64,000 nt of DNA from Halodesulfurarchaeum sp. (GTDB lineage: Archaea; Halobacteriota; Halobacteria; Halobacteriales; Halobacteriaceae): contig JAXHNL010000002.1 of assembly GCA_034520565.1 (NCBI GenBank), positions 576,001-640,000 of the forward strand, written 5' to 3'. This document shows positions 50,200 to 60,664 of the stretch, one piece after another. A program made the position numbers and the translations under genes. Numbering within the stretch: position 1 is the first letter of the stretch; every line of letters starts with the position of its first letter. The notes under the pieces are model-generated. The model ran no database searches, had not been told where the DNA came from, and was given only the letters and a program-made list of their open reading frames with translations.

Positions 50200-50350
50200 G
50201 GATGGCCTCCCTCGAGCACTCCATGCAGTCCCATTCACCCCAACGTATCCGTGATTACGGCAAGACGTTTCGGTTCCCGGAACGGCAGATGGGTGCCGCT
50301 GCGCTCACACCGGCTGCTGCTTGCTAAGCGGCGGGTTCGACGACGGGGAA

Positions 50351-51331
50351 TTACAGCCGCTCGGCCACGTCCTCGGCGAAGTACGTGAGGATCAGATCGG
50401 CTCCGGCCCGCTTGATCGATACGAGCGATTCCGTCGCGGTCGCCTCGAGGTCGAGCCAGCCCCGGTCTGCGGCCGCGTGGAGCATGGCGTACTCCCCACT
50501 GACGTTGTAGGCCGCGACCGGGTAGTCGAAGGCCGCATCGATCCGCCGGACGACGTCCAGATAGGGCAATGCTGGTTTGACCATCAGCACGTCGGCCCCC
50601 TGTTCGACGTCCAGAGCGACTTCCCGCAGTGCCTCCTCGCCGTTGCCCGGGTCCATCTGGTAGTGCCGCCGGTCACCGAAGCTCGGGGCGCCATCCGCGG
50701 CGTCCCTGAAGGGGCCATAGAAGGACGACTCGTACTTGGCCGCGTAGCTCATGATCGGCGTGTGCTCAAATCCGGCCTCGTCGAGGGCGTCCCTGATCGT
50801 GCCGACCATCCCGTCCATCATGCCACTCGGGGCGACCATGTCCGCGCCGGCTTCGGCGTGTGAGACGGCCGTCCGGGCGATCCGGTCCAGGGTCGGGTCG
50901 TTGTCGACGGTGAGGGACACGTCGTCTGGCGCTCCCGGCTCGAGGACGCCGCAGTGACCGTGGTCGGTGTACTCGCAGAGACAGACGTCCGTGATGAGGT
51001 ACGCGTCGGTCGCGTCGCTCACGCGTCGGGTCGCCTCCTGGATGACGCCGTGCTCGGCCCAGGCCCGGGATCCCTCGGGGTCCTTCGACTCGGGCACGCC
51101 GAAGAGGATGATCGCCTCGACGCCGGTCGCGAGAACCTCCTCGACGCGGTCGACGATCTCGTCGAGCGGAACCCGCTCGTGACCGGGCATGGAGGGGATC
51201 TCCACACGCTCGTCGGTCGTGGCGTCGACGAAGACGGGGGCGATGAGGTCGCTTGCGGCGAGGTCGGTCTCCCGAACGAGAGCGCGGATCCCGTCCTGCC
51301 GGAGTCGTCGTGGGCGTCGCGAGTGGTCCAT
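50351..51331 (-). CDS. hemB: Porphobilinogen synthase
   Basis: Motifs [27 protein letters not shown] and MVKPA. Confidence 0.96.
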   Translation of the reverse strand: MDHSRRPRRLRQDGIRALVRETDLAASDLIAPVFVDATTDERVEIPSMPGHERVPLDEIVDRVEEVLATGVEAIILFGVPESKDPEGSRAWAEHGVIQEATRRVSDATDAYLITDVCLCEYTDHGHCGVLEPGAPDDVSLTVDNDPTLDRIARTAVSHAEAGADMVAPSGMMDGMVGTIRDALDEAGFEHTPIMSYAAKYESSFYGPFRDAADGAPSFGDRRHYQMDPGNGEEALREVALDVEQGADVLMVKPALPYLDVVRRIDAAFDYPVAAYNVSGEYAMLHAAADRGWLDLEATATESLVSIKRAGADLILTYFAEDVAERL

Positions 51332-51419
51332 ACGCCCACTGGGCCGCCGAGCAAGATAGTAGCCACGGATGGTTTCCCCGGGGCGAACGCCTATTGGCCA
51401 CCTCGACATAGAGCGGTGC

Positions 51420-52022
51420 ATGCCAGGCCCCCGTTTCAGTCGGGCTGCGCGAGTCGCCCTCCGAACCGTCGAAAAAGAAGACGCCCCGTTCCTCCAGGAA
51501 CACGCGAACGACCCGGCGATCAGACTCCCGGTGACGATCGACGGGCCGACGTCTCGCGAGGAACAGGAAAAGTACATCGAGGAAGACGACGACGGCGCGG
51601 CGTTCCTGGTCTCGGTGGCCGGCGAGGAAACCGGATACAACCCGAAGTACGTGACCGACGACGATCCACCGGTCGAACCGGTCGGGTTCTGTGCCCTGTT
51701 TCACGTCGACGAGTCGGCCGGCAGTGCGGACATCGTTTACTGGATCACGCCCCCGGCACAGGGACAGGGATACATGACCGAGGCCACATCGATGTTGCTC
51801 GATTACGCGTTCGGGCAGCGGCGGTTGCACCGGGTTGTGGCCCGCGCGCTCGAATCAAACCGGGCCTCGCAGGGACTGCTCGAGAAACTCGGCTTTACGC
51901 TGGAAGGGACCGAACGGGCGGCCAAGTTCGTCGAGGGCGAGTACCGGGACGTGGTTCGCTATTCGATGCTGGCCCCAGAATGGCGGGTGGGAGCTGACGG
52001 TGAAACTGTCCTCGACAGCTGA
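51420..52022 (+). CDS. GNAT (RimJ/RimL-like) acetyltransferase
   Basis: [16 protein letters not shown] and [17 protein letters not shown]. Confidence 0.88.
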   Translation: MPGPRFSRAARVALRTVEKEDAPFLQEHANDPAIRLPVTIDGPTSREEQEKYIEEDDDGAAFLVSVAGEETGYNPKYVTDDDPPVEPVGFCALFHVDESAGSADIVYWITPPAQGQGYMTEATSMLLDYAFGQRRLHRVVARALESNRASQGLLEKLGFTLEGTERAAKFVEGEYRDVVRYSMLAPEWRVGADGETVLDS

Positions 52023-52384
52023 CATGAAGCCTGTTAACAAATAACAAATCTGCCGAAATCTTGCGTGTGAACTGTCCACAACCGGCCACAAGGTTTTTTA
52101 CCCACCCCTTAGATAGCTGGAATGCGTCCCTACGGTGATCGACATGACCACGCGCTTCCCACCCTCCAAAACGAGTGCCCCCCTTCGTTGCACCAACCGG
52201 TGTGACAGTTCTGTCACCGGGTGGTCGACTGCGGGAGCGCGTGTGACGGGTATTTGCCCGTCACGTCCCTTCGGATTCTATCGGCGGACCTGATCCGGTT
52301 CGTCGGTCGATCCGTCGTTCTCGCTGACCCCACCCTTCTGGTGACCAGTATCGCCCCCTGAGTGAACTTCGGCTCTCCAATCCA

Positions 52385-52573
52385 ATGCGACGACACGACC
52401 GACCCCATCGACACGAATCACGCGCGAACGGCCCCCGACCCGCCCCGCCCTTGCGGTTCTCGCTGGCTATGGCCCTGGCGATCCCGCTCGTGGCCATGCT
52501 GTTGCTGTCGCCGGCCGGCCCCCCGCTGTTGGTGGGCCTGGCCGGCATCTCGCTCGCAGCGTTCGGGTTGTAA
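52385..52573 (+). CDS. Small putative membrane protein
   Basis: 62 aa with two short hydrophobic segments. Confidence 0.45.
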   Translation: MRRHDRPHRHESRANGPRPAPPLRFSLAMALAIPLVAMLLLSPAGPPLLVGLAGISLAAFGL

Positions 52574-52666
52574 GTGCCGGTTCGTCGAATCCCTCCCAGA
52601 ATAGCGTCGATCGACTTCTGCAGTACCGACGACGAGCCGTACACCCCAAAAAACCGAATCGCTTGA

Positions 52667-54775
52667 TCAGTCCGCCGCGACCGGCGTCTCGGCCCCCTCG
52701 CCGGCTTCGATGGCGTCCCAGACTATCTCGGCAAGGTCGACGACCTCGATGTCGCCCTCGTAGCCGCCGGATTTCATGCCGTCCTCGTACATCGTCATGC
52801 ACATCGGACAGGAGACGACGAACTGCTCGACGTCGTCGCCGGCCGTGGTGTCCTCGAGCGCCTCGCGGATGCGCTCCTCGGAGGGCTTCTCGTCCTCGTC
52901 GGGGTCGAGCCAGAGCCCGCCACCGCCGCCGCCACAGCAGAACGAGTCCGAGCGGTTGCGCGGCATCTCGTCGAGTTCCGCCCCCGTCGTCTCGAGGACC
53001 GCCCGGGGCGCCTCGAACTCCTCGTTGTAGCGGCCGAGATGACAGGGGTCGTGGAAGGTCGCCCGGGTGTCGAGTTCCGTGCCCGTGAGGGGCAACGCGC
53101 CGGACTCGACCAGCTCCTCGACGACCTGGGTGTAATGTTCCACGTCGTCCCCGCGCTCCCAGCCGAACTGCTGGTACTCGTTCACGAAGGTGTTGTAGGC
53201 GTGGGGGTCGGTGGTGACCATGGTGTCAAAGTCCACCGATTCGAAGGTCTCGATGTTCTCCATGGCCAGCATCTCGAAGAGCCCCTCCTCGCCCACGCGT
53301 CGGATGTCGTTCCCGGCGTTTTTCTCGTCCTCGTAGAGGATCCCATAGGAGACGTCGGCGGCCTCGAAGATCCGGGCCAGGGAGCGGGCGACCTTCTTGT
53401 TGCGCTCGTCGAAGCTCGGGTAGTCCCCGACGTACCACAGGTATTCGACGGCCTCCTCGCGGGCGTCGGGGATCTCGAAGTCCAGTTCCTCGGTCCACTC
53501 CGCGCGGGTGCCCTCCGGTTCACCGAAGGAGTTGCCCTGCTGGAAGAGGGCCATCATGGCCTCCTGGACGTTCTCGTCCATCTGGCCGGACTCGGTGAGC
53601 CGGCGGTTCATCTCGGTGAACTGGGTGACGTGTTCGATCTCGACCGGGCAGGCGTCCACGCAGGCCAGACAGGACATGCAGGACTCCATCGTCTCCGGTT
53701 CGATGACCGACTCCTCCTCGCCGGAGATGATGGGGATCTCCTCGGTCTCGTTTCCCTGGAGTTCCCGGCCGTACTTCCGGAGGTCGAGGATGACGTCACG
53801 CGGGTCGAGCGGCCGGCCGGAGGCGTTTGCCGGACAGACCGAGGTACAGCGGCCACACTTCGTACAGGCGTCGTGATCGAGCAGTTGTTTCCAGCTGAAG
53901 TCCTCGATTGTGCTGGTTCCGATCTCCTCGGGGCTGGCGTCCTCCGGAACCCCGGGCAGCCGCTTGCCCGCCATCGGGTCCCGGGCGATGACGTTCGCGT
54001 AACTCGTCAACATGTGGACCGGCTTGGCGTAGGGGACCGTCGCCACGAATCCCAGCGCGAGCAGGGCGTGTGACCACCAGAGCGGCCGGTACAGCGCGGC
54101 GGCCATGTCCGGGCTCATGCCCACGCTCGTGAAGACCGAGGCGAGAGTCCAGCCGATCACGCTCACTGTCTCGAAGTCGGGCATGCCGGCTCCGACGATG
54201 CGAACACCCTCCTGGAGGAAGCCCCCGACGCCGAGCAGGAACAGCGACCAGACGAAGAGGTCGTCCTCGAGGCGGGTGTGCTCGCCCCAGAGCCGATCCT
54301 TGCGGGTGATATAGCGCTGGAAGAGCGCCATCGCCATTCCGACCACGAAGACGAAGCCCATCACGTCCACGACGAAGGAAAAGGAGAGGTAGAAGTCGCC
54401 ATTGAAGAAGTGTTCCTGCCGGAGCAACTTCACCCAGATGTCCATCTCGAAGGCGACGATGGTCGTCGCCATCAGCAGGGTCATGAAGCCCCAGAAGATG
54501 AAGCTGTGCATCAGGCCCGCGAAGAAGTCCCGATCGAACTGTTTGACGTTACTCCCCACGATTTTGGTCCCTTCGGCGATCCGCCCGACGAAGTCGTCGA
54601 GCCGCTCTGTGGGGTCTTCGCTTCCCTGGCGATACCGTTCGACTCGTCGATAGAACCCGTACAGGAAGAGCAACACCGCGACGATCGTCAGGAAGTAGAA
54701 TAGCAACTCTCCGGCGTGGGTGATCTGCCAGAACGTCTCCCGGGAAATGTCGCTTGCCTGTGCGAGTAGCACCAT
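52667..54775 (-). CDS. Membrane-bound Fe-S oxidoreductase (FadF/HdrD/GlpC-like)
   Basis: N-terminal TM domain with histidines, two CxxCxxCxxxC motifs and CCG-domain motifs (HDPCHLGR, CCGGGGG, SCPMC). Confidence 0.9.
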   Translation of the reverse strand: MVLLAQASDISRETFWQITHAGELLFYFLTIVAVLLFLYGFYRRVERYRQGSEDPTERLDDFVGRIAEGTKIVGSNVKQFDRDFFAGLMHSFIFWGFMTLLMATTIVAFEMDIWVKLLRQEHFFNGDFYLSFSFVVDVMGFVFVVGMAMALFQRYITRKDRLWGEHTRLEDDLFVWSLFLLGVGGFLQEGVRIVGAGMPDFETVSVIGWTLASVFTSVGMSPDMAAALYRPLWWSHALLALGFVATVPYAKPVHMLTSYANVIARDPMAGKRLPGVPEDASPEEIGTSTIEDFSWKQLLDHDACTKCGRCTSVCPANASGRPLDPRDVILDLRKYGRELQGNETEEIPIISGEEESVIEPETMESCMSCLACVDACPVEIEHVTQFTEMNRRLTESGQMDENVQEAMMALFQQGNSFGEPEGTRAEWTEELDFEIPDAREEAVEYLWYVGDYPSFDERNKKVARSLARIFEAADVSYGILYEDEKNAGNDIRRVGEEGLFEMLAMENIETFESVDFDTMVTTDPHAYNTFVNEYQQFGWERGDDVEHYTQVVEELVESGALPLTGTELDTRATFHDPCHLGRYNEEFEAPRAVLETTGAELDEMPRNRSDSFCCGGGGGGLWLDPDEDEKPSEERIREALEDTTAGDDVEQFVVSCPMCMTMYEDGMKSGGYEGDIEVVDLAEIVWDAIEAGEGAETPVAAD

Positions 54776-55152
54776 ACGGAAACCTGCCCACACTTTGCGC
54801 TTAAAGCTTTCCAAGCGTCGTGAAAGCGGCGAACGCTGCCCGAAGGTCGGGGAAATTCTTGCCCCATCTTCGCCATGTGCACACGTGACGGTCTGCCACT
54901 GCAACGGCTATTTATCCGTCCGGGCTGGCGTCTGACGCCCGCGCGGGCAGGAACGACTCCTCGCTTACGACGGCCTGCCGGTCACCAGCGGATCGCGCGG
55001 GAGCGGGGGGGGCAGCACCTGGCCCGATCGAACCCGTGATCGGAGCGAATTCATGACTCGATCGAAACCCGCCCTTGCCGATCGACGCGGACCGATTCCA
55101 GCAGGCTCGGGCCGACGATAGACCTATCCCTCGATGGCTCAGTATGCCCGAT

Positions 55153-55791
55153 ATGGGGGACCGGACCGAGGAACTGCGGGAGCTCTTCGAGTCGGTGACG
55201 GGAACCGAGAGCGTCACCGAGCGACAGCGACGGGGGCGTGGCTCGCTCACGTCGGAAAGGGAGCCATTCGAAGCCATCGCCGCAACGATCGAGGAGATGG
55301 CGGCGGCCCGCGATTTCGAGACGGAGCTTCCGACGTCGTCCCTCGTGCAGGTGGTCGCAGGCTTCTATCGCGGCGACACGGACCAAGAGATCGCCGAAGC
55401 CCTCGAGGCGGAACTCGATGGCACCCCATCCGGGATCGAGGCCGGCGACCCCGACGCTGACACCGTCGCCCGGGCTCGGCTCGACCTGCATCTCGTCCGC
55501 GAGGCCGAACGGCCCGACGAGACGGTGACCGCCCTCCTGTTCGAAATCGAGGACGGAACGGAGACGGTCGCGTCCGTGGCCGACCGCCTCGATCGGGCCG
55601 AATCGACGGTGCAGCGGTGGCTCGCCGTCCGGGAAACACAGGCCGAGCGACGCCGCGTCGCCGACCGCTATCGGCAGGCGTTCGAGTCGGCACTCGGGGA
55701 CCGCGACATCGCCGACCGGCTGACGGCGGGCCTCGAGGAGACCGGGCTGGACGAGTCCCTCGAGGACCAGGAAGTCGACGTCGACATGTAG
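55153..55791 (+). CDS. Haloarchaeal HTH-containing protein (Cmi4-like)
   Basis: RTEELRELF...VTERQ...ARLDLHL...GL. Family recalled from memory; an alternative start is at 55144. Confidence 0.7.
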   Translation: MGDRTEELRELFESVTGTESVTERQRRGRGSLTSEREPFEAIAATIEEMAAARDFETELPTSSLVQVVAGFYRGDTDQEIAEALEAELDGTPSGIEAGDPDADTVARARLDLHLVREAERPDETVTALLFEIEDGTETVASVADRLDRAESTVQRWLAVRETQAERRRVADRYRQAFESALGDRDIADRLTAGLEETGLDESLEDQEVDVDM

Positions 55792-55870
55792 GGTAACGCG
55801 CCGTCAGTTCCCGGCACAGCATGGGTGCGACCGGCGGCTTATTTGGTCGTGCCGGCTCCACAGTCGATTC

Positions 55871-56903
55871 ATGGGACTTGGGACCGCGACGACCGCGTTC
55901 TCGGTGGCCGCCATCGTCGTCGCGAGCGTCGCCATCTGGATCGGGAGCGGGTACTTCGAGGGGGCCGCGACCCGGCTCGCAGCGGTGTACGGACTCCCGG
56001 CGATCGTCCAGGGGTCAGTGGTCGTCGCGGTCGGCTCGAGCCTGCCCGAGCTGGCGAGCGTCGTGGCCGCCGGGTCTCCTCGGATCGTTCGACCTCGGTG
56101 TTGGGGCGATCGTCGGGTCGGCCATCTTCAACGTGCTCGTTATCCCGGCCATCGCGGGGCTCTCGACCGAAAAACCCCTCGAGGCCAGCCGCGCGATCGT
56201 CTACAAGGAGGCCCAGTTCTACATGATCAGCGTCTCGGCACTCGTGGTGACCTTTGCCCTCGCGGTCATCTACCTCCCGCTGCCCGAAGGGCCGGCCCTC
56301 GTTGGCCAGCTCAACCGCCCGCTCGCGGCGATTCCACTCGGCCTCTACGGGCTATACCTGTTCATCCAGTGGCAGGACGTGAGCGACTTCGAACCGCCGG
56401 CACCGCCCGAAGGGATCGATCGCCGGCGGGAGTGGGCGAAATTCGTCGCGGGCCTGCTCGTCATCCTGGTCGCGGTGAACCTCCTCGTCGGTGAGGTCGA
56501 AGCGCTGAGTACGGCCGTTGGGGTTCCAACCTTTCTCGCCGGGGTCACGGTCGTGGCCGCGGCGACGAGTTTGCCCGACCTGCTGGTGAGCGTCCGCTCG
56601 GCCGGGGACGCCCGAAGCGAGACGAGCCTCGGCAACGTCCTCGGCTCGAACACGTTCGACCTGTTGGTCGCCATTCCGGTCGGTGTCTTCATCGTCGGGA
56701 CCGTGCCGGTGGATTTCGCCGTCGCCGCGCCGATGTTCGGGGTGTTGACCCTCGCGACGGTCCTCCTTTTCACCCTGCTTCGAACGAAACTCACTCTCTC
56801 CACGGCCGAATCGTACCTTCTGTTGCTTGCCTACGCGGTCTTCGTCGCCTGGGTCGTGGTCGAGTCACTGGGGTTGCTCGATCTCATCAAGACCGCCGGG
56901 TAG
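55871..56903 (+). CDS. Sodium:calcium antiporter (CaCA); frameshift at about 56072
   Basis: GSSLPEL lies in the first frame; GSAIFN, TSLPDL and GSNTFD lie in the second. Confidence 0.88.
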
Positions 56904-56965
56904 GGCTGTTTTCGGCCCCGATCGTGGTCGAAGGTTTATCCCACATGACCGGGCCACTCTCCTGC

Positions 56966-57628
56966 ATGTCCGACACCGTCGCGCTCTCCGATCTCGCCCT
57001 CGCGGCGTTCTGCCCGCGGAAACTGCACTACGCGCGTCAGACCGACCGCTCGCCGCCGGTCGAATACGACGATGCCCTCGACCTGAGCGCCCGGTATGCC
57101 GCGTTTCTCGAACCGAACCCGGAACCGCTCCCGGCAGACAAACTCGCCGTGCACCCATCGACGTATCGGGAGGCACTCCGGGCGGCCCGGGACGCGCTCC
57201 CTGTCTGGCCTGCCCTTACCGACCCGCCGTGGACCGACCTGTTTCTCCGGGGAAAGGACGTCCACGGGCAGGTGGCCAAGGTCCTCGCCGAGCCGCTTGC
57301 CCCCGTCATCGTCTCGCCCGGGGCCCCACCGCCGGCGGGCGTTTGGCAGCCCCAGGTGGTCAAGGCCGTCGGTGCGGCGAAGGCGCTTTCGTGGGAGCGG
57401 GAGACTGACGTCGAGCGGGCGTACGTGGAGTACCCCCGCCACGGCGTCGTCCGGACCGTGGATCTCACGACCAGACACAAGGCGGCCTACCGGCGAACCC
57501 TCCGCGCGGTCCGGGCGATGGATGGGCCGCCACCACGGGTCGGCGACGATTCGAAGTGCGAGTCCTGCCGATTCGCGGACCGGTGTGGGGTGCGAACGCG
57601 CTCGCTGAAGTCGCTGCTGACGGGGTAA
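56966..57628 (+). CDS. Solo Cas4-like protein, probably binding an Fe-S cluster
   Basis: N-terminal FCPRKLHY and C-terminal CESCRFADRC (1+3 Cys). No cas operon nearby. Confidence 0.75.
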   Translation: MSDTVALSDLALAAFCPRKLHYARQTDRSPPVEYDDALDLSARYAAFLEPNPEPLPADKLAVHPSTYREALRAARDALPVWPALTDPPWTDLFLRGKDVHGQVAKVLAEPLAPVIVSPGAPPPAGVWQPQVVKAVGAAKALSWERETDVERAYVEYPRHGVVRTVDLTTRHKAAYRRTLRAVRAMDGPPPRVGDDSKCESCRFADRCGVRTRSLKSLLTG

Positions 57629-57668
57629 ACTCGAGCCTGCCACGTCCGTGGTCGGGGTCTGGGCGCCG

Positions 57669-58276
57669 CTAGTGGGTCGAAAGCCAGTCCTCGATCTCGG
57701 CGCCGAGGGGCCCTTCTCGATGGATTTGGTCCCGCGCGATGTCGACGACCGTGCTTCCGGTTCCGCCGGTCGAGCCCCCGTCGAGGACGGCCGCCGCGGC
57801 CGCCCGGATCTCCGGGTCGAGGTCGGCCGGATCGGTCACGCTGGGCCGACCGCTCACGTTCGCGCTGGTGGCGGTGAGCGGCGCGACTGCCCGGAGTAGG
57901 TCCAGGGCCACAGGATGATCCGGGACCCGAATCCCGACCCGGTCGGGGCCACCGGTGAGCACGTCCGGGACGACCGGGCGCTTTGTCGCAACGACTGTCA
58001 CCGGGCCGGGCAAAAACGCCGCCATGAACGCCCGCTCCCGGTCGCCGACCGAGACGTAGTCCAGGGCCGCCTCGGGGTGGGAACGGCGAGGGAGATCGGC
58101 TCCTCGCGGTCCCGCTCTTTCGCCTCGAACACCCGTTCGATCGCCGCCGGATCGAGTGCGTCTGCCCCCAGCCCGTAGACCGTCTCGGTGGGGTAGACGA
58201 CCAGCTCGCCGCGCTCGATCGCGGCTGCGGCCCGAGAGATGGCCGCCTCGCCCGCACGCTCGTCCGGGTCTGTCAT
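57669..58276 (-). CDS. sua5: L-threonylcarbamoyladenylate synthase; frameshift at about 58075
   Basis: YPTETVYGL and KER lie in the first frame; PGPVT, GIRVP, TSANVSG and STVV lie in the second. Confidence 0.92.
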
Positions 58277-58316
58277 ACGTGAGCGGAGGGCGTCGATCCC
58301 AAGAAGTGTTGGGGCC

Positions 58317-58841
58317 TCAGAACTCGTCTCCGAGGGACGCGAGGGCGTCTTCGAGGCCGTCGTAATCGGGGAACTCCGGCCAGGCCTCGGCGACCCAGGC
58401 GTAGCTGACGGTGCGGTCGGGCTCGACGAGGTAAAGCGAGAGGCGGGGCTCTTCGACCCCTTCCATGCCGTCGAGGTCGTGAACGATACCGTATTCGGCG
58501 GCGACGCCGTTTTTCGGATCGGCGTACAGGCCGCGCATCGACTCGAGCCCTCGCTCCTCGATCGTCCGCGAATGGTCGTACGGGGTCGAGATGGTGACGC
58601 CGACGACCTGGGCCGGCCCCTCGAGAATCGTGCGATCCTGGAGTTCGTTGTAAACGTAGGTGGTCGGGAAGGACCCGTCCATGGGGTGAAAGACGAGCAG
58701 GACGGGGCCGGCCTCGAGGAGGTCGGAGAGTGCGACGTCCTCCCAGAAGGTATCGGTCACGAGCGGCCGGGTGAAATCGGGGGCCCGCTCGCCCGCTTCG
58801 ACGTGGTCGGTCTCGTCGAACTCGACGACTTTGCGGCGCAT
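58317..58841 (-). CDS. Redoxin/peroxiredoxin-fold protein without cysteine
   Basis: Motifs APDFTRPLV, GPVLLVFHP and WPEFPDY. Confidence 0.8.
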   Translation of the reverse strand: MRRKVVEFDETDHVEAGERAPDFTRPLVTDTFWEDVALSDLLEAGPVLLVFHPMDGSFPTTYVYNELQDRTILEGPAQVVGVTISTPYDHSRTIEERGLESMRGLYADPKNGVAAEYGIVHDLDGMEGVEEPRLSLYLVEPDRTVSYAWVAEAWPEFPDYDGLEDALASLGDEF

Positions 58842-59134
58842 TATTGCTCACCTCGGTTGCGATAGGTGGAATACAGGTACTTCACGATCCGGCCGCTCTC
58901 GCCCATCGTCACGCCCGTGTTGTGATCGACGATCACCGGGACCTCGCGGCTCCCCGAGAGTTCCTTGATGACGTTTCGCTCGGAATGGTTTGCCTCGATA
59001 AACCTGGAGTGAGAGGACACATCGAGGTCATCGAGGGTGCGGACCACTCGCTCGCAGAAGGGACAGCCCTGCAACCGATACAGCGTGAGGTCCGCGTCCA
59101 CGGACGCGGGCTCCTCTGATACCGCCTGTGTCAT
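58841..59134 (-). CDS. Glutaredoxin / GST-N-terminal-like protein
   Basis: LYRLQGCPFCERV, REVPVIVD and MGESG. Confidence 0.88.
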   Translation of the reverse strand: MTQAVSEEPASVDADLTLYRLQGCPFCERVVRTLDDLDVSSHSRFIEANHSERNVIKELSGSREVPVIVDHNTGVTMGESGRIVKYLYSTYRNRGEQ

Positions 59135-59270
59135 ATCCCGGCCTCGGGGACGGGCGTGGAAAACCCTGCCGAGTCCGGACGACCTGGCCGATTGTGCGTG
59201 CCGGTCCCCTGAAGAAACGCTTTAGGTACCGGGCCCGGAAGTCCCGGTGTTGATGGGCATTGTTCCTGCC

Positions 59271-60606
59271 ATGACCGCCGGGTTGGGTATCGCTGCCTCC
59301 CCCACAGCCTGGACCGTGTTCGGTGTGGGCGTTATCCTCCTGCTCGTCGCGCTCTCCGGGTTTTTCTCCTCTTCGGAGATCGCGATGTTCTCGCTTGCCC
59401 GCCACCGGATCGACGCCCTGTACGAGGAGGGTGTCACGGGAGCGTCGGTCGTCAAGGAACTCAAATCCGACCCCCACCGCCTGCTCGTGACGATCCTCGT
59501 GGGCAACAACCTGGTCAACATTGCGATGTCCTCCATCGCGACGGCTCTGCTGGGCTACTACCTCTCTCAGGGCCAGGCGGTCTTTGCGGCCACCTTCGGG
59601 GTCACCGCGCTCGTGCTGTTGTTCGGCGAGATCGCGCCGAAGTCCTACGCGGTCGAACACACCGAATCCTGGGCCCTTAGAGTCTCGCGGCCGCTCGCGC
59701 TCACCGAGCGGCTGCTCTTTCCCTTCGTCGTCCTCTTCGATTGGCTCTCCCGGGTCGTGATCGGCGTCACCGGCGGGCACGCGGCCATCGAGACCTCCTA
59801 TGTCACTCGCGACGAAATCCAGAACCTCATCAAGACCGGCGAGCGCGAGGGGGTCATCGAGGCCGACGAACGCGAGATGTTCAAGCGCATCTTCCGATTC
59901 AACAACACGATCGCCAAGGAGGTCATGACTCCCCGACTGGACGTCACGGCCGTCGACGCCGATGACTCCATCGAGACGGCGATCCAGACCTGCACCCAGA
60001 GCGGTCACGAGCGAGTGCCGGTCTACGAGTCGGAGCCTCGATACGGTCATCGGCATCGTCCAGTTGCGCGATCTGGTTCGGGAGCACCTCTACAGCGAGA
60101 ACGGTGCGGCGACCCTCCGTGACCTCATCGAGCCGACCCTCCACGTGCCCGAATCGAAGAACGCGGACGAACTCCTCCAGGAGATGCAAGAAGAGCGGGT
60201 CGGCATGGTCATCGTCATCGACGAGTTCGGCACCACCGAGGGGCTGATCACGACCGAGGACATCATCGAGGAGATCGTCGGCGAGATCCTCGAGGGCGAG
60301 GAGGAACGACCCGTCGATCGAGTGGACGACCGGACCGTGCTCGTCCGGGGCGAGGTCAACATCGAGGAGGTCAACGATGCCCTCGACATCGATCTCCCCG
60401 AGGGCGAGGAGTTCGAGACGATCGCCGGGTTCATCTTCAACCGGGCAGGCCGGCTGGTCGAGGAGGGCGAGGTCTTCACCTACGAGAACATCGAGTTGCG
60501 GGCCGAACAGGTCGAGGACACCCGCATCATGAAGGCCCGCGTGCGAAAGCACGAGGACGAGGACGGACCGCCGGATTCGGAGGAACCGGGCGTCGAGGAA
60601 CTGTAG
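59271..60606 (+). CDS. CNNM/TlyC/CorC-family protein (DUF21-CBS-CorC); frameshift at about 60033
   Basis: SGFFSSSEIA, TILVGNN, FGEIAPK and VMTPR lie in the first frame; IDEFG and EDIIEEIVGEI lie in the next. Confidence 0.9.
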
Positions 60607-60664
60607 CCCGGTACCGAGCGGCCACTGCCAGTCGCGTTTTCTCGGGGCCGAAACGGGCACGGCC

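Noticed and set aside
56966-57628. CRISPR-Cas locus
   Set aside because: Only a solo Cas4-like gene is present; no cas1/cas2, effector genes or array.
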